Below are positions 9,072-17,908 of a DNA stretch of 29,565 bases, piece after piece (positions within the stretch are counted from its first letter, which is position 1; each line of letters starts with the position of its first letter). The position numbers were made by a program, and so were the translations under genes. The notes beneath the pieces were generated by a model that was given only the letters and a program-made list of their open reading frames with translations, had not been told where the DNA came from and ran no database searches. The DNA comes from a virus. Its lineage: Duplodnaviria > Caudoviricetes. The stretch lies in IMG/VR virus record IMGVR_UViG_3300023214_000450, positions 1 to 29,565 of that record, one strand, 5' to 3'.

Positions 9072-9538
9072 TTTGACTCATCATTCTTCGGATTGTAGCT
9101 GCACGCGGTGGCAGCAGGCAACGGACGGCTACCGCGCTCTGAAGTCTCTCGATTTCGACACAACCAACTCATCTGCTCTTGCCACTGAGCCGGGGCAGGC
9201 TCTCGCAGCGTCTCTAGCGTGAGGCATGCGCGCTGACGCCCGTCCAGGATCGCCTCGACGATGTCCGGCGCGAGCAGCGTCAGGCGCAGGACACGGGTCA
9301 AATATGGTGCAGCGATCCGCTCGCGCTTAGCCAGTTCGGCGATGTTGGCGAACTCGCCCGTCTCAAGCATGCGCTTCCAGCGGAAGGCGCGCGCCAGCGC
9401 CTTGACCAGCGAAGTGTCGGTCCGCCGCGAGTGCGTGGCACCCTCTGGCAGCTGCATCTCCTTTCGTCCGCCGCGTTTCACGACGCGGAACGGGATGTGG
9501 AGCGTGACAGTCTCGGGGATCGGCATGCCGCGTGTCAT
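9068..9538 (-). CDS. Recombinase-associated hypothetical protein with HTH-like segment, 156 aa
   Basis: Coupled to the recombinase stop by an ATGA overlap; contains ALARAFRWKRMLETGEFANIAELAKRE and LRLTLLAPDIVEAILDGRQ, which I recall from genes downstream of such recombinases. Confidence 0.7.
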   Translation of the reverse strand: MTRGMPIPETVTLHIPFRVVKRGGRKEMQLPEGATHSRRTDTSLVKALARAFRWKRMLETGEFANIAELAKRERIAAPYLTRVLRLTLLAPDIVEAILDGRQRACLTLETLREPAPAQWQEQMSWLCRNRETSERGSRPLPAATACSYNPKNDESK

Positions 9539-10860
9539 GCGGCTTCTCCGATCCCGCCGGACAGCATCTCGCGCGCGAGGCCGCTCAGCCCATCGACGCG
9601 CAGCCGGACGTTTAACCCGTCTGTGCGCATGTCGACGCGCTCAACCAGCAATGTCACGATGCGTGCCTGCTCGGCGGGGAACAGTTCGTCCCACAGCGGA
9701 TCGAGCTGCTGCAGGGCTGCGCGGCCGTCGGCTTCGGAGACGTCGTCGGCGTGGACGCGTGCAGCTTTCCACGTCCCCGCCACGATCTCCGGCTGGCGGA
9801 ATACGGCACGGAGTTGGTCAATGACCGCGGCCTCGATCTCCCCTGCTGGCACGCGGCCCACGGGGCATGACCCGGCACCGTGCTTCAGCACTGTCTGGCT
9901 GACGTAGTAGCGGTAGAGCCTGTCGCCCTTGCGAGTATGGGTCGGCGAGAACGCGGCGCCATCGGGACCGAAGAGTAGTCCCTTCAGCAGCGCGGGCGTG
10001 TCGGCGCGAGTCCGGGCGGCGCGCTTGCGGGGGCTTTCCTGCAGGATGGCGTGGACGCGATCCCACGCTTCGCGGTCGATGATCGCGTCGTGCTCGCCGG
10101 GATAGCTTTCGCCTTTGTGGACCGCCTCACCGATGTAGGCGCGGTTGCTGAGCATCCGGTAGATGTATTTCTTGTCGATTCGGTTGCCGCGCGGCGTCCG
10201 GATTCCGCGCGTGCCAACCTCCCGCGCCAGTTCCGTGCAGGACCCGATCTCGAGGAAGCGGGCGAAGATCCAGCGCACATGCGCAGCGGTATCTTCGTCG
10301 ACCACCAGCTTGCGGTTCTCGACGCGGTAGCCGTAGGGCGGCACACCGCCCATCCACATTCCCTTCTTCCGGCTCGCGGCGACCTTGTCGCGGATGCGCT
10401 CGGCCGTCACCTCGCGCTCGAACTGGGCGAAGGACAGCAGGATGTTCAGCGTCAGCCGCCCCATGGAGGTGGTGGTGTTGAAGGACTGCGTGACCGAGAC
10501 GAACGTCACGCCGTTCCGGTCGAACACCTCGACCAGCTTGGCGAAGTCGGCGAGCGAGCGGCTGAGGCGGTCGATCTTGTAGACCACCACCACGTCGACG
10601 AGGCCGTCCTCGATATCTTCCACCAGCCGCTTCAATCCAGGGCGTTCCAGCGTGCCGCCCGAGATGCCGCCGTCGTCATACTGATCGCGGACGAGCACCC
10701 AACCCTCGGACCGCTGGCTGGCTATGTACGCCTCGCAGGCCTCTCGCTGGGCGTGGAGCGAGTTGAACTCCTGCTCCAGCCCTTCCTCGGAGGATTTGCG
10801 GGTGTAGACCGCGCAGCGCAGCTTGCGGACGACCTTGGTTTTTTCGGGCGGCTTTGTCAT
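9535..10860 (-). CDS. Large serine recombinase (resolvase plus recombinase domains), about 441 aa
   Basis: CAVYTRKSS catalytic Ser motif, YDDGGISGGTLERPGL, VVVYKIDRLSRS, FAQFERE and GGVPPYGY. Start ATG 10860 overlaps the upstream stop. Confidence 0.93.
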   Translation of the reverse strand: MTKPPEKTKVVRKLRCAVYTRKSSEEGLEQEFNSLHAQREACEAYIASQRSEGWVLVRDQYDDGGISGGTLERPGLKRLVEDIEDGLVDVVVVYKIDRLSRSLADFAKLVEVFDRNGVTFVSVTQSFNTTTSMGRLTLNILLSFAQFEREVTAERIRDKVAASRKKGMWMGGVPPYGYRVENRKLVVDEDTAAHVRWIFARFLEIGSCTELAREVGTRGIRTPRGNRIDKKYIYRMLSNRAYIGEAVHKGESYPGEHDAIIDREAWDRVHAILQESPRKRAARTRADTPALLKGLLFGPDGAAFSPTHTRKGDRLYRYYVSQTVLKHGAGSCPVGRVPAGEIEAAVIDQLRAVFRQPEIVAGTWKAARVHADDVSEADGRAALQQLDPLWDELFPAEQARIVTLLVERVDMRTDGLNVRLRVDGLSGLAREMLSGGIGEAA

Positions 10861-11312
10861 GTCCGCCCCCTGTGGTTCTTGAGGCCGAAGAACACCCAGC
10901 CGTTCCAGCGCGTGCCGGTGATCGCGCGCGCGATGGCCGACAGCGACTTGTACGGCCGACCTTGCCACTCAAAACCGTCGGCGGTGACGGTGACGATCTG
11001 CTCGACGCCCTGCCATTCTCGCAGCAGCCGCGTGCCGGTGATCGGGCGGTCACGGTCGGCTCGGATGCCGCGCTTCCTCTTGTCGCCGCCATCCAGTTCC
11101 TCGCCCAGCCGCTCAAGGCGCCTGATCGTCTCCGGCTTCAGCCCGCCATAGGCCAGTTCCTGGATGCGGTAGGCGAGCCTGCTTTCCAGATAGCGGCGGT
11201 TGAACGGCGGCGGCTCGCTGTCGAACAGCTCGCGCCACTGCGCCTTCAGCTCCGGCGTTGTCGCGGTCTTGAGCGCGGCCAGGCGCGCGGGGATGGGATC
11301 GTGGGTCGTCAT
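10857..11312 (-). CDS. DUF2924-like protein, about 151 aa
   Basis: RLAYRIQELAYGGL, GTRLLREWQG and YKSLSAIARAITGTRWNGWVFFGL; directly upstream of the serine recombinase. Confidence 0.85.
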   Translation of the reverse strand: MTTHDPIPARLAALKTATTPELKAQWRELFDSEPPPFNRRYLESRLAYRIQELAYGGLKPETIRRLERLGEELDGGDKRKRGIRADRDRPITGTRLLREWQGVEQIVTVTADGFEWQGRPYKSLSAIARAITGTRWNGWVFFGLKNHRGRT

Positions 11313-11512
11313 GCGGTTCTCCGGCGAGTTGGAGTTGCATGACGGCATGCGCTCGCCGGAGAGTGTAGGCGAATTTCTCCAGTATCGTCAGAAGGTTCGC
11401 CGCGCTCGCGCAGCCGCAGCCGGACCAGCCCGAACGCCAGCAGGCCGCACAGTTCAGTGCGGCGTTCGGCAGGGGTCATCCGGTCGGGCGGCAGGGGATT
11501 GGGGCGTTTCAT
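11309..11512 (-). CDS. Small hypothetical protein, 67 aa
   Basis: ATGA overlap with the DUF2924-like gene; first gene of the leftward integration operon. Confidence 0.6.
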   Translation of the reverse strand: MKRPNPLPPDRMTPAERRTELCGLLAFGLVRLRLRERGEPSDDTGEIRLHSPASACRHATPTRRRTA

Positions 11513-11696
11513 GTCGAGGGGGCCTCAGCGTTTCCTTGCCCTTGGCCTCTACTCACGCCGAACGGAAAGCGTCCCACCGCACGCCGGCACAGCTATTGTG
11601 CGTTGATAGCAAAACCTACCCTCTACCGGGGGTTGAGGAACCGGTTCTCTCCCGGATAGAGCTTCTGCGTCGAGTACCCTGTTCCGGATTTATCCA

Positions 11697-12938
11697 ATGC
11701 CAAGGAAGCTGAAACCCTTCCTCACGCCGCGGCTGCTGAGGTGCGTGGAGATCGACCTGATCGCGCGGCTGCTCGATCGACACGCCGCAACACTGCAGGG
11801 ATTCGATCCCGGTATCCTCGATGGCCCCGAGCAGAACGCCCGCGAGGCGCTCGACGCCTTGCTCATGGCGCCCGGTGCGGGACATCCGGCCGGGCTCGCC
11901 TCCGATCTCCATCGCATCGCAGCGCTTGCCGACACCGGAGGGTTGAGGATCATTCGTGAACAGGCCGCTCGCCTCGGCGTCGAGATCGCGCCTGCGCTCG
12001 AAGCGCGGCGCCAGGACCCGAGGCACGTCGCGCTGCTGATCTTCCTCGATCACCCCACGGTATTCGACGCGGCATCGGACATGCTGACGCTCCAGCACTT
12101 CGCCTCGCTCGCCGAGTTCATCGGCCGCGAGGGCGGCGTCGTGCCGAGGCTGACGGAACAGACGAGGGCCGCCTTCGAGCAGCTCGCCGCACGCGCCTGC
12201 GAGGCCGACCATCGCGGGTCCCATTGCCGGGTCGGCTGGTATGGCGACAGCGAGGCGTTGCGCATCGTGGTGACCCATGGCTCGCTCGTGCGCACGACGC
12301 CGATCGTGGACGGCGAGACGGAGAGCGTGATCAGTTTTCGAGAAGCGGAGCATGTTGTCATCGCCTATGCGGCCCCGACAGGGCGGCTGGAAATCGGCGG
12401 CGCGCCGAAGGCCTTCTGGTGTCGGATCGCCGAAGGCTTCGCGGCAACGGTGCTGGGGCGGCCGGGTTTCTTTGCCTTCGAGGACGCTCAGAATCTCTAC
12501 ACGCTGGCGCCTATCGAGCATGCCGGGCGCGACTTCGCCTTCCGCCATGGCTTCGATCCGGGCATCCGCCGGGTCCGCATCGTCGAGGCGCGCGCGGACC
12601 GCGTCATAGGCGATGGGTGTGGCGACGCCACGCAGGGACACCGCCTCGAAACAGACGTGCAGGTCGCACGCTCCTCGCGCGGAAGCGCCGTCGCGCAGCT
12701 CGTCGAGATGATCGGCGCGTCCCTGCTTGGCGTATCGTGGCGGCTGCGACACGTCGTGTTCCGCGTCGAGTTCGATGTCTCCGGCGCGCGACCGGCGAGC
12801 GTGACCGTCAAGCTGCGCCCGCCCGCGACAGCGGCGTTCCCGCGCACCGCGTTCGAAAACCGCATCATGAAGCTGCTGCACTGCAATGGGCTCATCCATG
12901 ACCGATACGCTGATCGCGCTGCTGCTGCGGCGGACTGA
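11697..12938 (+). CDS. Hypothetical protein, 413 aa
   Basis: Long ORF with natural protein composition, divergent from the integration operon and overlapping the next gene; no motif recognised. Confidence 0.75.
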   Translation: MPRKLKPFLTPRLLRCVEIDLIARLLDRHAATLQGFDPGILDGPEQNAREALDALLMAPGAGHPAGLASDLHRIAALADTGGLRIIREQAARLGVEIAPALEARRQDPRHVALLIFLDHPTVFDAASDMLTLQHFASLAEFIGREGGVVPRLTEQTRAAFEQLAARACEADHRGSHCRVGWYGDSEALRIVVTHGSLVRTTPIVDGETESVISFREAEHVVIAYAAPTGRLEIGGAPKAFWCRIAEGFAATVLGRPGFFAFEDAQNLYTLAPIEHAGRDFAFRHGFDPGIRRVRIVEARADRVIGDGCGDATQGHRLETDVQVARSSRGSAVAQLVEMIGASLLGVSWRLRHVVFRVEFDVSGARPASVTVKLRPPATAAFPRTAFENRIMKLLHCNGLIHDRYADRAAAAAD

Positions 12939-13848
12939 GCAGGGCCGCTCGGCGCATCTGTGGGGCCGGGAGGCGCGGCCGCATCATGGGCGAGCCTTCG
13001 ACCGGCTGGTCGCTGCGGGCGTCCTTGTCGAGGAGCCGCCGATGGAGGCGTGGTCGACCTGCACGCATTGCCATTGCGGCTTTGACTGGCGGCCGATCCA
13101 GCGGATCGGCGCGCGCATCGTGGCCGCATGCCCGATCGACGCCGGCTCCGACACCGAACTCGAGGAGGACGACCTGCGCAGCTTCGCGATCGACGCGTCG
13201 GCGCTTGTCGCACAGCTGGCGAGCGAGAGCGACCTCGACGGCGCGGTCGAGGAAATCGCGCCACATCTCTGGCTGCTCGGCCGCCTGCACACGGGCCGCA
13301 TGGTTGTTCTGGCGCTCGACAAGGATGCGATCGCCCATCCGGGGGCCACGCTGCTGATCCGCGCCGTCGCGGCCGGTACGCCCGCGACGCTGCTCGCGCC
13401 TTCGCCGACGGCGAGCGAACGGCGCCGGTTCAAGGAGGCAGGGATCGATCTCGTCGAAACCCTGTCGGCCTTGACGCCGGGTCCGCGTGGCATCGACCGG
13501 CTCGATCGGCATGCGCTCACGCCGAAGGCTGCCGGACCGAGGCTCTCGATCCGGGTGACTGTTCGGGCGGTTCTGGTCGACGGGACGCCGCAGCGCGTGC
13601 CGCCTCAGCCTTTCAATCTGCTCGCATTGCTGGCGCGAGCGGTGCGAGACGGTGACGGTCCGGTCAGCAACCGCGCCATCGAGGATGCCACCGGCCGCGA
13701 CGCCCGCGATCTCGTTCGTGAACTGCGCGATGCTCTGTCGGCGGGTCGAGCAAACGCCTCCGAGCTGCGGAACTGGATCGAAGCCCGGCGGGGTCTCGGC
13801 GCCTTCCAGCTCGTGCTCGAACCCGGAGAGGTCGAACTCGCAACCTAG
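12898..13848 (+). CDS. Hypothetical protein with N-terminal Cys cluster and C-terminal OmpR/PhoB-like winged-helix domain, about 316 aa
   Basis: CTHCHC...ACP near the N-terminus. The C-terminal VLVDGTPQRVPPQPFNLLALLA...VSNRAI...LVRELRDAL...IEARRGLGAFQL follows the winged-helix pattern. Confidence 0.65.
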   Translation: MTDTLIALLLRRTEQGRSAHLWGREARPHHGRAFDRLVAAGVLVEEPPMEAWSTCTHCHCGFDWRPIQRIGARIVAACPIDAGSDTELEEDDLRSFAIDASALVAQLASESDLDGAVEEIAPHLWLLGRLHTGRMVVLALDKDAIAHPGATLLIRAVAAGTPATLLAPSPTASERRRFKEAGIDLVETLSALTPGPRGIDRLDRHALTPKAAGPRLSIRVTVRAVLVDGTPQRVPPQPFNLLALLARAVRDGDGPVSNRAIEDATGRDARDLVRELRDALSAGRANASELRNWIEARRGLGAFQLVLEPGEVELAT

Positions 13849-13854
13849 CCGAAC

Positions 13855-13877
13855 GAAGCTCGCCGGGGGCGAGTTTC
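13855..13877 (+). terminator. Hairpin after the winged-helix gene (possible terminator)
   Basis: GAAGCTCGCC-ggg-GGCGAGTTTC stem with one G-U pair; no long U tract. Confidence 0.35.
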
Positions 13878-13914
13878 CCACGGAACGCCCACGCAAGTCC
13901 CACGCAGTTCCCAC
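13877..13914 (+). repeat. Four CCCAC direct repeats with exact 11-bp spacing
   Basis: CCCAC starts at 13877, 13888, 13899 and 13910, in the intergenic region upstream of the replication operon. Confidence 0.85.
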
Positions 13915-13976
13915 CGAAGGCGCGACAAACTTCGGCAGTCTCGGCCCATCGATAACGATGACCGGGACGCCGAACC

Positions 13977-14570
13977 ATGAAACCTCCGCTCGCAAAGACC
14001 GACCTCTTCGTCATTCTCCTCGAGGCCGAGTTCGCCGCGCGCCGCCTGCATCGCAAGCTGTCGCTGCCCGCGGCCGATCTCGACGATCTCCGCCAGGAAC
14101 TCCTGATTGACCTGATCTGTCGGCTGCCGGGCTTCGACAAGCGCCGCGGGGCCATCGGCGCCTTCGCCGGTCTCGTTCTCCGCAACCAGTGCTCGCGCAT
14201 TGCGATCCGGCACCATCGTCAGCGCCAGGCGCAGGGCGGCAAGGTGCTGTCGCTCGACGCGCCCGTCGCCGGTAGCGCCCAGCCGCTGGGCTGCCTGCTG
14301 GCGGAGACGGACGGGCTGGCCGCCTGGCATGGGCAGGATCGTTGTGCCGCAGTGGACGTGGAGACCCGCCACGATCTCGCCCGGGCGCTCGCCGACCTGC
14401 CGGAGGATGTCCGCGGGCTCTGCGCCGCGCTCGGCACCTGCGCCGTCGCCGATCTGGTCGGCCGCGACGGCATCTCTCGCTCCGCCCTCTACCGCCGCCT
14501 CGCACGCCTCCGGCTCGATCTCGCCATGCGCGGGCTCGGGGGGCGGTGGGACGGTTCGGAAGCCGCGTGA
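13977..14570 (+). CDS. Sigma70/ECF-like or HTH DNA-binding phage protein, 197 aa
   Basis: DLDDLRQELLIDL...FDKRRG resembles sigma region 2, followed by LSLDAP, LADLPEDVR and a C-terminal HTH GISRSALYRRLARLR. Confidence 0.65.
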   Translation: MKPPLAKTDLFVILLEAEFAARRLHRKLSLPAADLDDLRQELLIDLICRLPGFDKRRGAIGAFAGLVLRNQCSRIAIRHHRQRQAQGGKVLSLDAPVAGSAQPLGCLLAETDGLAAWHGQDRCAAVDVETRHDLARALADLPEDVRGLCAALGTCAVADLVGRDGISRSALYRRLARLRLDLAMRGLGGRWDGSEAA

Positions 14571-14583
14571 GTAGAGGGAGGAC

Positions 14584-14940
14584 ATGGAGATGCTCGTCAT
14601 GCCCCCAACAGCTTTCACCCCGGCGCGGCCCCGGCCGCTGACCGACATCGAGTTCTGCGCCTGGATCGGCCAGGCGATGCCCGGCGACCGGCTGGGATAC
14701 CACCGCGGGTTCCTCGGAATCGACACGACGGCCGTGATCTCGACGCTGCCGGAACCGGACCGCCGCAGGCTGGCCGCGCTGGCCGGCGCCGCGCACCGGG
14801 CCTTCGAGGCGGGCCTCGTCCACCTCGTTCAGGTGCGGCTCGGTCCGGACCGCTTCGCCTATCTCGCCATCGCGCGGACCAGGCCGCGCCGCACGCCAGT
14901 GCCGCTCGCCCGTCTCATCGAAGACGCCGAGGCCGCCTGA
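14584..14940 (+). CDS. Hypothetical phage protein, 118 aa
   Basis: GGAGG RBS; in operon with its neighbours; YHRGFL and GLVHLVQ segments. Confidence 0.7.
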   Translation: MEMLVMPPTAFTPARPRPLTDIEFCAWIGQAMPGDRLGYHRGFLGIDTTAVISTLPEPDRRRLAALAGAAHRAFEAGLVHLVQVRLGPDRFAYLAIARTRPRRTPVPLARLIEDAEAA

Positions 14941-14975
14941 TGGCCGTTCCGTTTCCCTCCATCGGAGATCCCGCC

Positions 14976-15458
14976 ATGCCGCACCCCGACAATGCCCCAT
15001 GTTTCGACGACCTCGAAGGTCTCGCCCTCGGCGATATCGCGGCGCTGCCGCCCGAGATGCTGCTGGATCTGCAGACGACGGCGCTCGCCGAGACCGCCCG
15101 CGTGAAGCGGCTGCGGGACCGGCTCGAGGCCGGCATCGCACAGCGCTACGAGGCCGCCGTCGCGGCCGAGCGGGCCGCGCAGGGCAAGACCAGCGGCACC
15201 GTGCGGGTCGAGGACGAGGGCGTCGTGATCGTCGCGGACCTGCCGAAAAAGGTCACGTGGGATCAGGACCGGCTCGCCGCCATGGCCGAGCGCATCCGCG
15301 CCGCCGGCGACGATCCGATCGAGTATCTCGAGATCGCCTACCGCGTGCCCGAGCGGCGCTTTGGCGCCTGGCCCGCGGCGATGCGCGAGGGCTTCGCGGA
15401 CGCGCGCAGCGAGACCACCGGCAAACCCGTCTTCCGGCTCGAGGCTCGAGACCGGTGA
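14976..15458 (+). CDS. Hypothetical phage protein, about 160 aa
   Basis: GGAGA RBS before ATG 14976 (alternative start 14940); natural composition, contains LPKKVTWDQ. Confidence 0.7.
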   Translation: MPHPDNAPCFDDLEGLALGDIAALPPEMLLDLQTTALAETARVKRLRDRLEAGIAQRYEAAVAAERAAQGKTSGTVRVEDEGVVIVADLPKKVTWDQDRLAAMAERIRAAGDDPIEYLEIAYRVPERRFGAWPAAMREGFADARSETTGKPVFRLEARDR

Positions 15459-15459
15459 C

Positions 15460-15534
15460 GCGCGGCGGCGGGACGCCCGGTTGGCAACGCCGGGCAGGTT
15501 CCCCTTCGGCACCCGGTCACCCCCGCCGCCGCGC
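15460..15534 (+). other. Structured intergenic element (nested stems)
   Basis: 13-bp outer stem GCGCGGCGGCGGG/CCCGCCGCCGCGC encloses a GCCCGG...GCAA...CCGGGC hairpin. Confidence 0.55.
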
Positions 15535-15562
15535 CCCCTGAATACATTCCCCGGAGAACCCC

Positions 15563-16420
15563 ATGGCCTTCCGCATCATCACCGCCGACGAACGGCTCTC
15601 GGCCGCCGAGAACAAGACGTCCCTCGCCATCTTCGGCCCGCCCGGCGTCGGCAAGACGACGCTCCTGAAGACGCTGCCCGCCGAGGAGACGGTCTGCCTC
15701 GACCTCGAGGCCGGCATGAAGTCGGTGCAAGACTGGCGCGGGGACTCGATCCCGGTGCGCAGCTTCACCGATTTCCGCGACCTCGCCGTGCTGATCGGCG
15801 GGCATGACCCCGCGCAGCATCCGCAGTCCTGGTACGGCGCCGAGTATCACGCCTGGCTGCAGCAGCAGTATCTCGGCACCGGCATCGAGGATTTCCTTGG
15901 CCGGAAGCGGATCGTCTTCGTCGACTCGATCACCGACCTGACGCGGCGGGCCATGGCCTATGCCCGCCAGCAGCCGGAGGCCTTCTCCGAGCGGACGGGC
16001 AAGCCGGATGTCCGCGGCGCCTACGGACTGCTCGGCCGTGAGGTGATCCAGGCGCTGAAGCACCTCCAACACGCCCGCGGCAAGACGGTGATCTTCGTCG
16101 GCGTTCTCGAGAAGGTCACCGACGAGTTCGGCGCGACGACATGGCAGCCGCAGATGGAGGGCACGAAGGCCGGGCGCGAGTTGCCGGGAATCGTCGATCA
16201 GGTGGTCTCGATGCAGCTCTTCGGCCGCGACGCCAAGGGCGACTGGACCCTCGACGAAACCTCGGCCGAGCGCCGCCTCGTCTGCCGCTCCGGCAACCCC
16301 TGGGGCCTTCCCGCCAAGGACCGCTCCGGTCGTCTCGACACCACCGAGCCGCCCGATCTCGGCGCGCTGATCGCGAAGATCGACGGCCGCGCGCCCGCTC
16401 ACCCTGCCACCCCTTCCTGA
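15563..16420 (+). CDS. P-loop ATPase, AAA_24/Sak4-like single-strand annealing protein, 285 aa
   Basis: Walker A GPPGVGKT, LDLEAG, Walker B VFVDSIT and C-terminal PAKDRSG; lies upstream of an SSB-like gene. Confidence 0.8.
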   Translation: MAFRIITADERLSAAENKTSLAIFGPPGVGKTTLLKTLPAEETVCLDLEAGMKSVQDWRGDSIPVRSFTDFRDLAVLIGGHDPAQHPQSWYGAEYHAWLQQQYLGTGIEDFLGRKRIVFVDSITDLTRRAMAYARQQPEAFSERTGKPDVRGAYGLLGREVIQALKHLQHARGKTVIFVGVLEKVTDEFGATTWQPQMEGTKAGRELPGIVDQVVSMQLFGRDAKGDWTLDETSAERRLVCRSGNPWGLPAKDRSGRLDTTEPPDLGALIAKIDGRAPAHPATPS

Positions 16421-16442
16421 TCCAGACGCAAAGGACAGACCC

Positions 16443-17219
16443 ATGAGCTATGATCTCAACGACGCCCAGCCCCAGATGGCCCCCATCGGCGAGCTGATCC
16501 CCGACGGCACCTTCGCCAAGGTCCGCCTGACCGTGCGCCCCGGCGGTGTCGACGGCGCCACGCCGATGGACGCGAAGCTCCTGAAGGCGTCGCAGTCGAG
16601 CGACGCGAAGATGCTGGACTGCGAGTTCACCATCCTCGAGGGGCCCCATGCCCGGCGGAAGTTCTGGCAGAGCTTCACGGTGGCGGGCGGCAAGCTCGAC
16701 GAGAAGGGCCAGTCGATCGGCTGGAAGATCTCCAAGTCCACCTTTCGCGCGATGGTCGACAGCGCTCTCGGGCTCGATCCCAGGGATGAAAGCCCCGACG
16801 CCAAGGCCAAGCGGGTCCTGCCCGGGCTCAAGCATCTCGACGGCATCGTCTTCGCCGCCCGGATCATGGTGGAGCCCGCCTCAAACCCGCAATACCGCGA
16901 CCAGAACCGGATCGCGAACGTCGTTCTGCCCGACGAGCCGCAGCACGCAGCAATCATGCGCGGCGAAACCGTGCCCCCGGAGCCCGTCAACGCCCCGCCG
17001 CGCAAGGCCGCGAGCGCGCCGGCGCCGGGCTGGCAGGCGCCCACGCCGGCATGGGGCGCGCAGCCGCAAGCCCCGGCGGCGGCTCCGGCCTGGGGCGCGC
17101 AGGCTCCGGCTCCGCAGCAGCTCCCGCAGCAACCGCCCGCCCAGCAACCGGCTGCGGCCCCGCCGTCCCCGCCGGGCGGGGCGCCCGCGGCCGGCATGCC
17201 CGCGTGGCTCAATGGGTGA
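16443..17219 (+). CDS. Putative phage single-stranded DNA-binding protein (DUF669-like) with Pro/Ala/Gln tail, 258 aa
   Basis: LIPDGT...LDCEFTILEGPHARRKFW core, low-complexity tail ending PAWLNG; position after a Sak4-like ATPase. Confidence 0.6.
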   Translation: MSYDLNDAQPQMAPIGELIPDGTFAKVRLTVRPGGVDGATPMDAKLLKASQSSDAKMLDCEFTILEGPHARRKFWQSFTVAGGKLDEKGQSIGWKISKSTFRAMVDSALGLDPRDESPDAKAKRVLPGLKHLDGIVFAARIMVEPASNPQYRDQNRIANVVLPDEPQHAAIMRGETVPPEPVNAPPRKAASAPAPGWQAPTPAWGAQPQAPAAAPAWGAQAPAPQQLPQQPPAQQPAAAPPSPPGGAPAAGMPAWLNG

Positions 17220-17529
17220 GGCGCGGTCTGCAGCGCGGCGGCGGAGGTCAAACCGGCCTTCGCCTATGCCCGAGGCCCGGCGCAATCCGGTCGGGCCGAT
17301 GACCCCGGATGAATGGCAGGCGCACGTGACGCGCGAGGCGGCGCTGGAGATCGGACGATGGCTCGAGGCCCGAGGAAGACTGCACGCCCCCATCGCAAGC
17401 CTCAGCCTCGGCGACCTCGAAGCCATGGCCAGCAACGCGATCTCCCGCTGGATCGTGCTCCAGTCCGAAAAGCTCCGGAGGGCGGGCTGGCCGCCCGAGG
17501 ACCCGATCGCGACCTTCTTGCTCGGGTAG
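17212..17529 (+). CDS. Hypothetical protein (start 17212 or 17299)
   Basis: The 3' part of ORF 16648-17529 (MTPDEWQAHVTREAALEIGRWLE...) fills the gap in the operon. Confidence 0.5.
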   Translation: MGEARSAARRRRSNRPSPMPEARRNPVGPMTPDEWQAHVTREAALEIGRWLEARGRLHAPIASLSLGDLEAMASNAISRWIVLQSEKLRRAGWPPEDPIATFLLG

Positions 17530-17897
17530 CGCTCTGCGCCGTCTGCGCCCGCGAGGCGCGCGGTTTCGGCTACTGCCACGGCCTCCGCTGGGATCGCCAC
17601 CCCTACCACCGCTTCTGCTCGCGCCGCTGTCAGGACGTGGGCAGCACCATCGCCCAAAGGAACAACGGCATGATCGACAAGACCGCGCGCGAGGCCCGTG
17701 CGATCCGCGATGCGCGGACGCCCTTCGCCGAAGCGCTCACCGACCTCGGGCTCATGGAGCCCTTCTTCCACCGCAGCGCCGAGGACATCGACCGCCTCAT
17801 CGAGGCGGCCGTCACCGGCTACATCGACAGCATGCAGGACCAGGCCGCGCGCAGGGAGCGCACCGGCACGGCCCTCGACGACCCCATTCCGTTCTGA
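17313..17897 (+). CDS. DUF6511-like phage protein (true start uncertain, possibly ATG 17670)
   Basis: CAVC...FCSRRC Cys cluster followed by MIDKT...LIEAAVTGY; ends in DDPIPF. Confidence 0.55.
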   Translation: MAGARDARGGAGDRTMARGPRKTARPHRKPQPRRPRSHGQQRDLPLDRAPVRKAPEGGLAARGPDRDLLARVALCAVCAREARGFGYCHGLRWDRHPYHRFCSRRCQDVGSTIAQRNNGMIDKTAREARAIRDARTPFAEALTDLGLMEPFFHRSAEDIDRLIEAAVTGYIDSMQDQAARRERTGTALDDPIPF

Positions 17898-17908
17898 GGG
17901 GGCGCGCG

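Noticed and set aside
17020-17200. Repeated PAWGAQ units and Pro/Gln-rich DNA repeats
   Set aside because: Explained as the low-complexity tail of the SSB-like protein.
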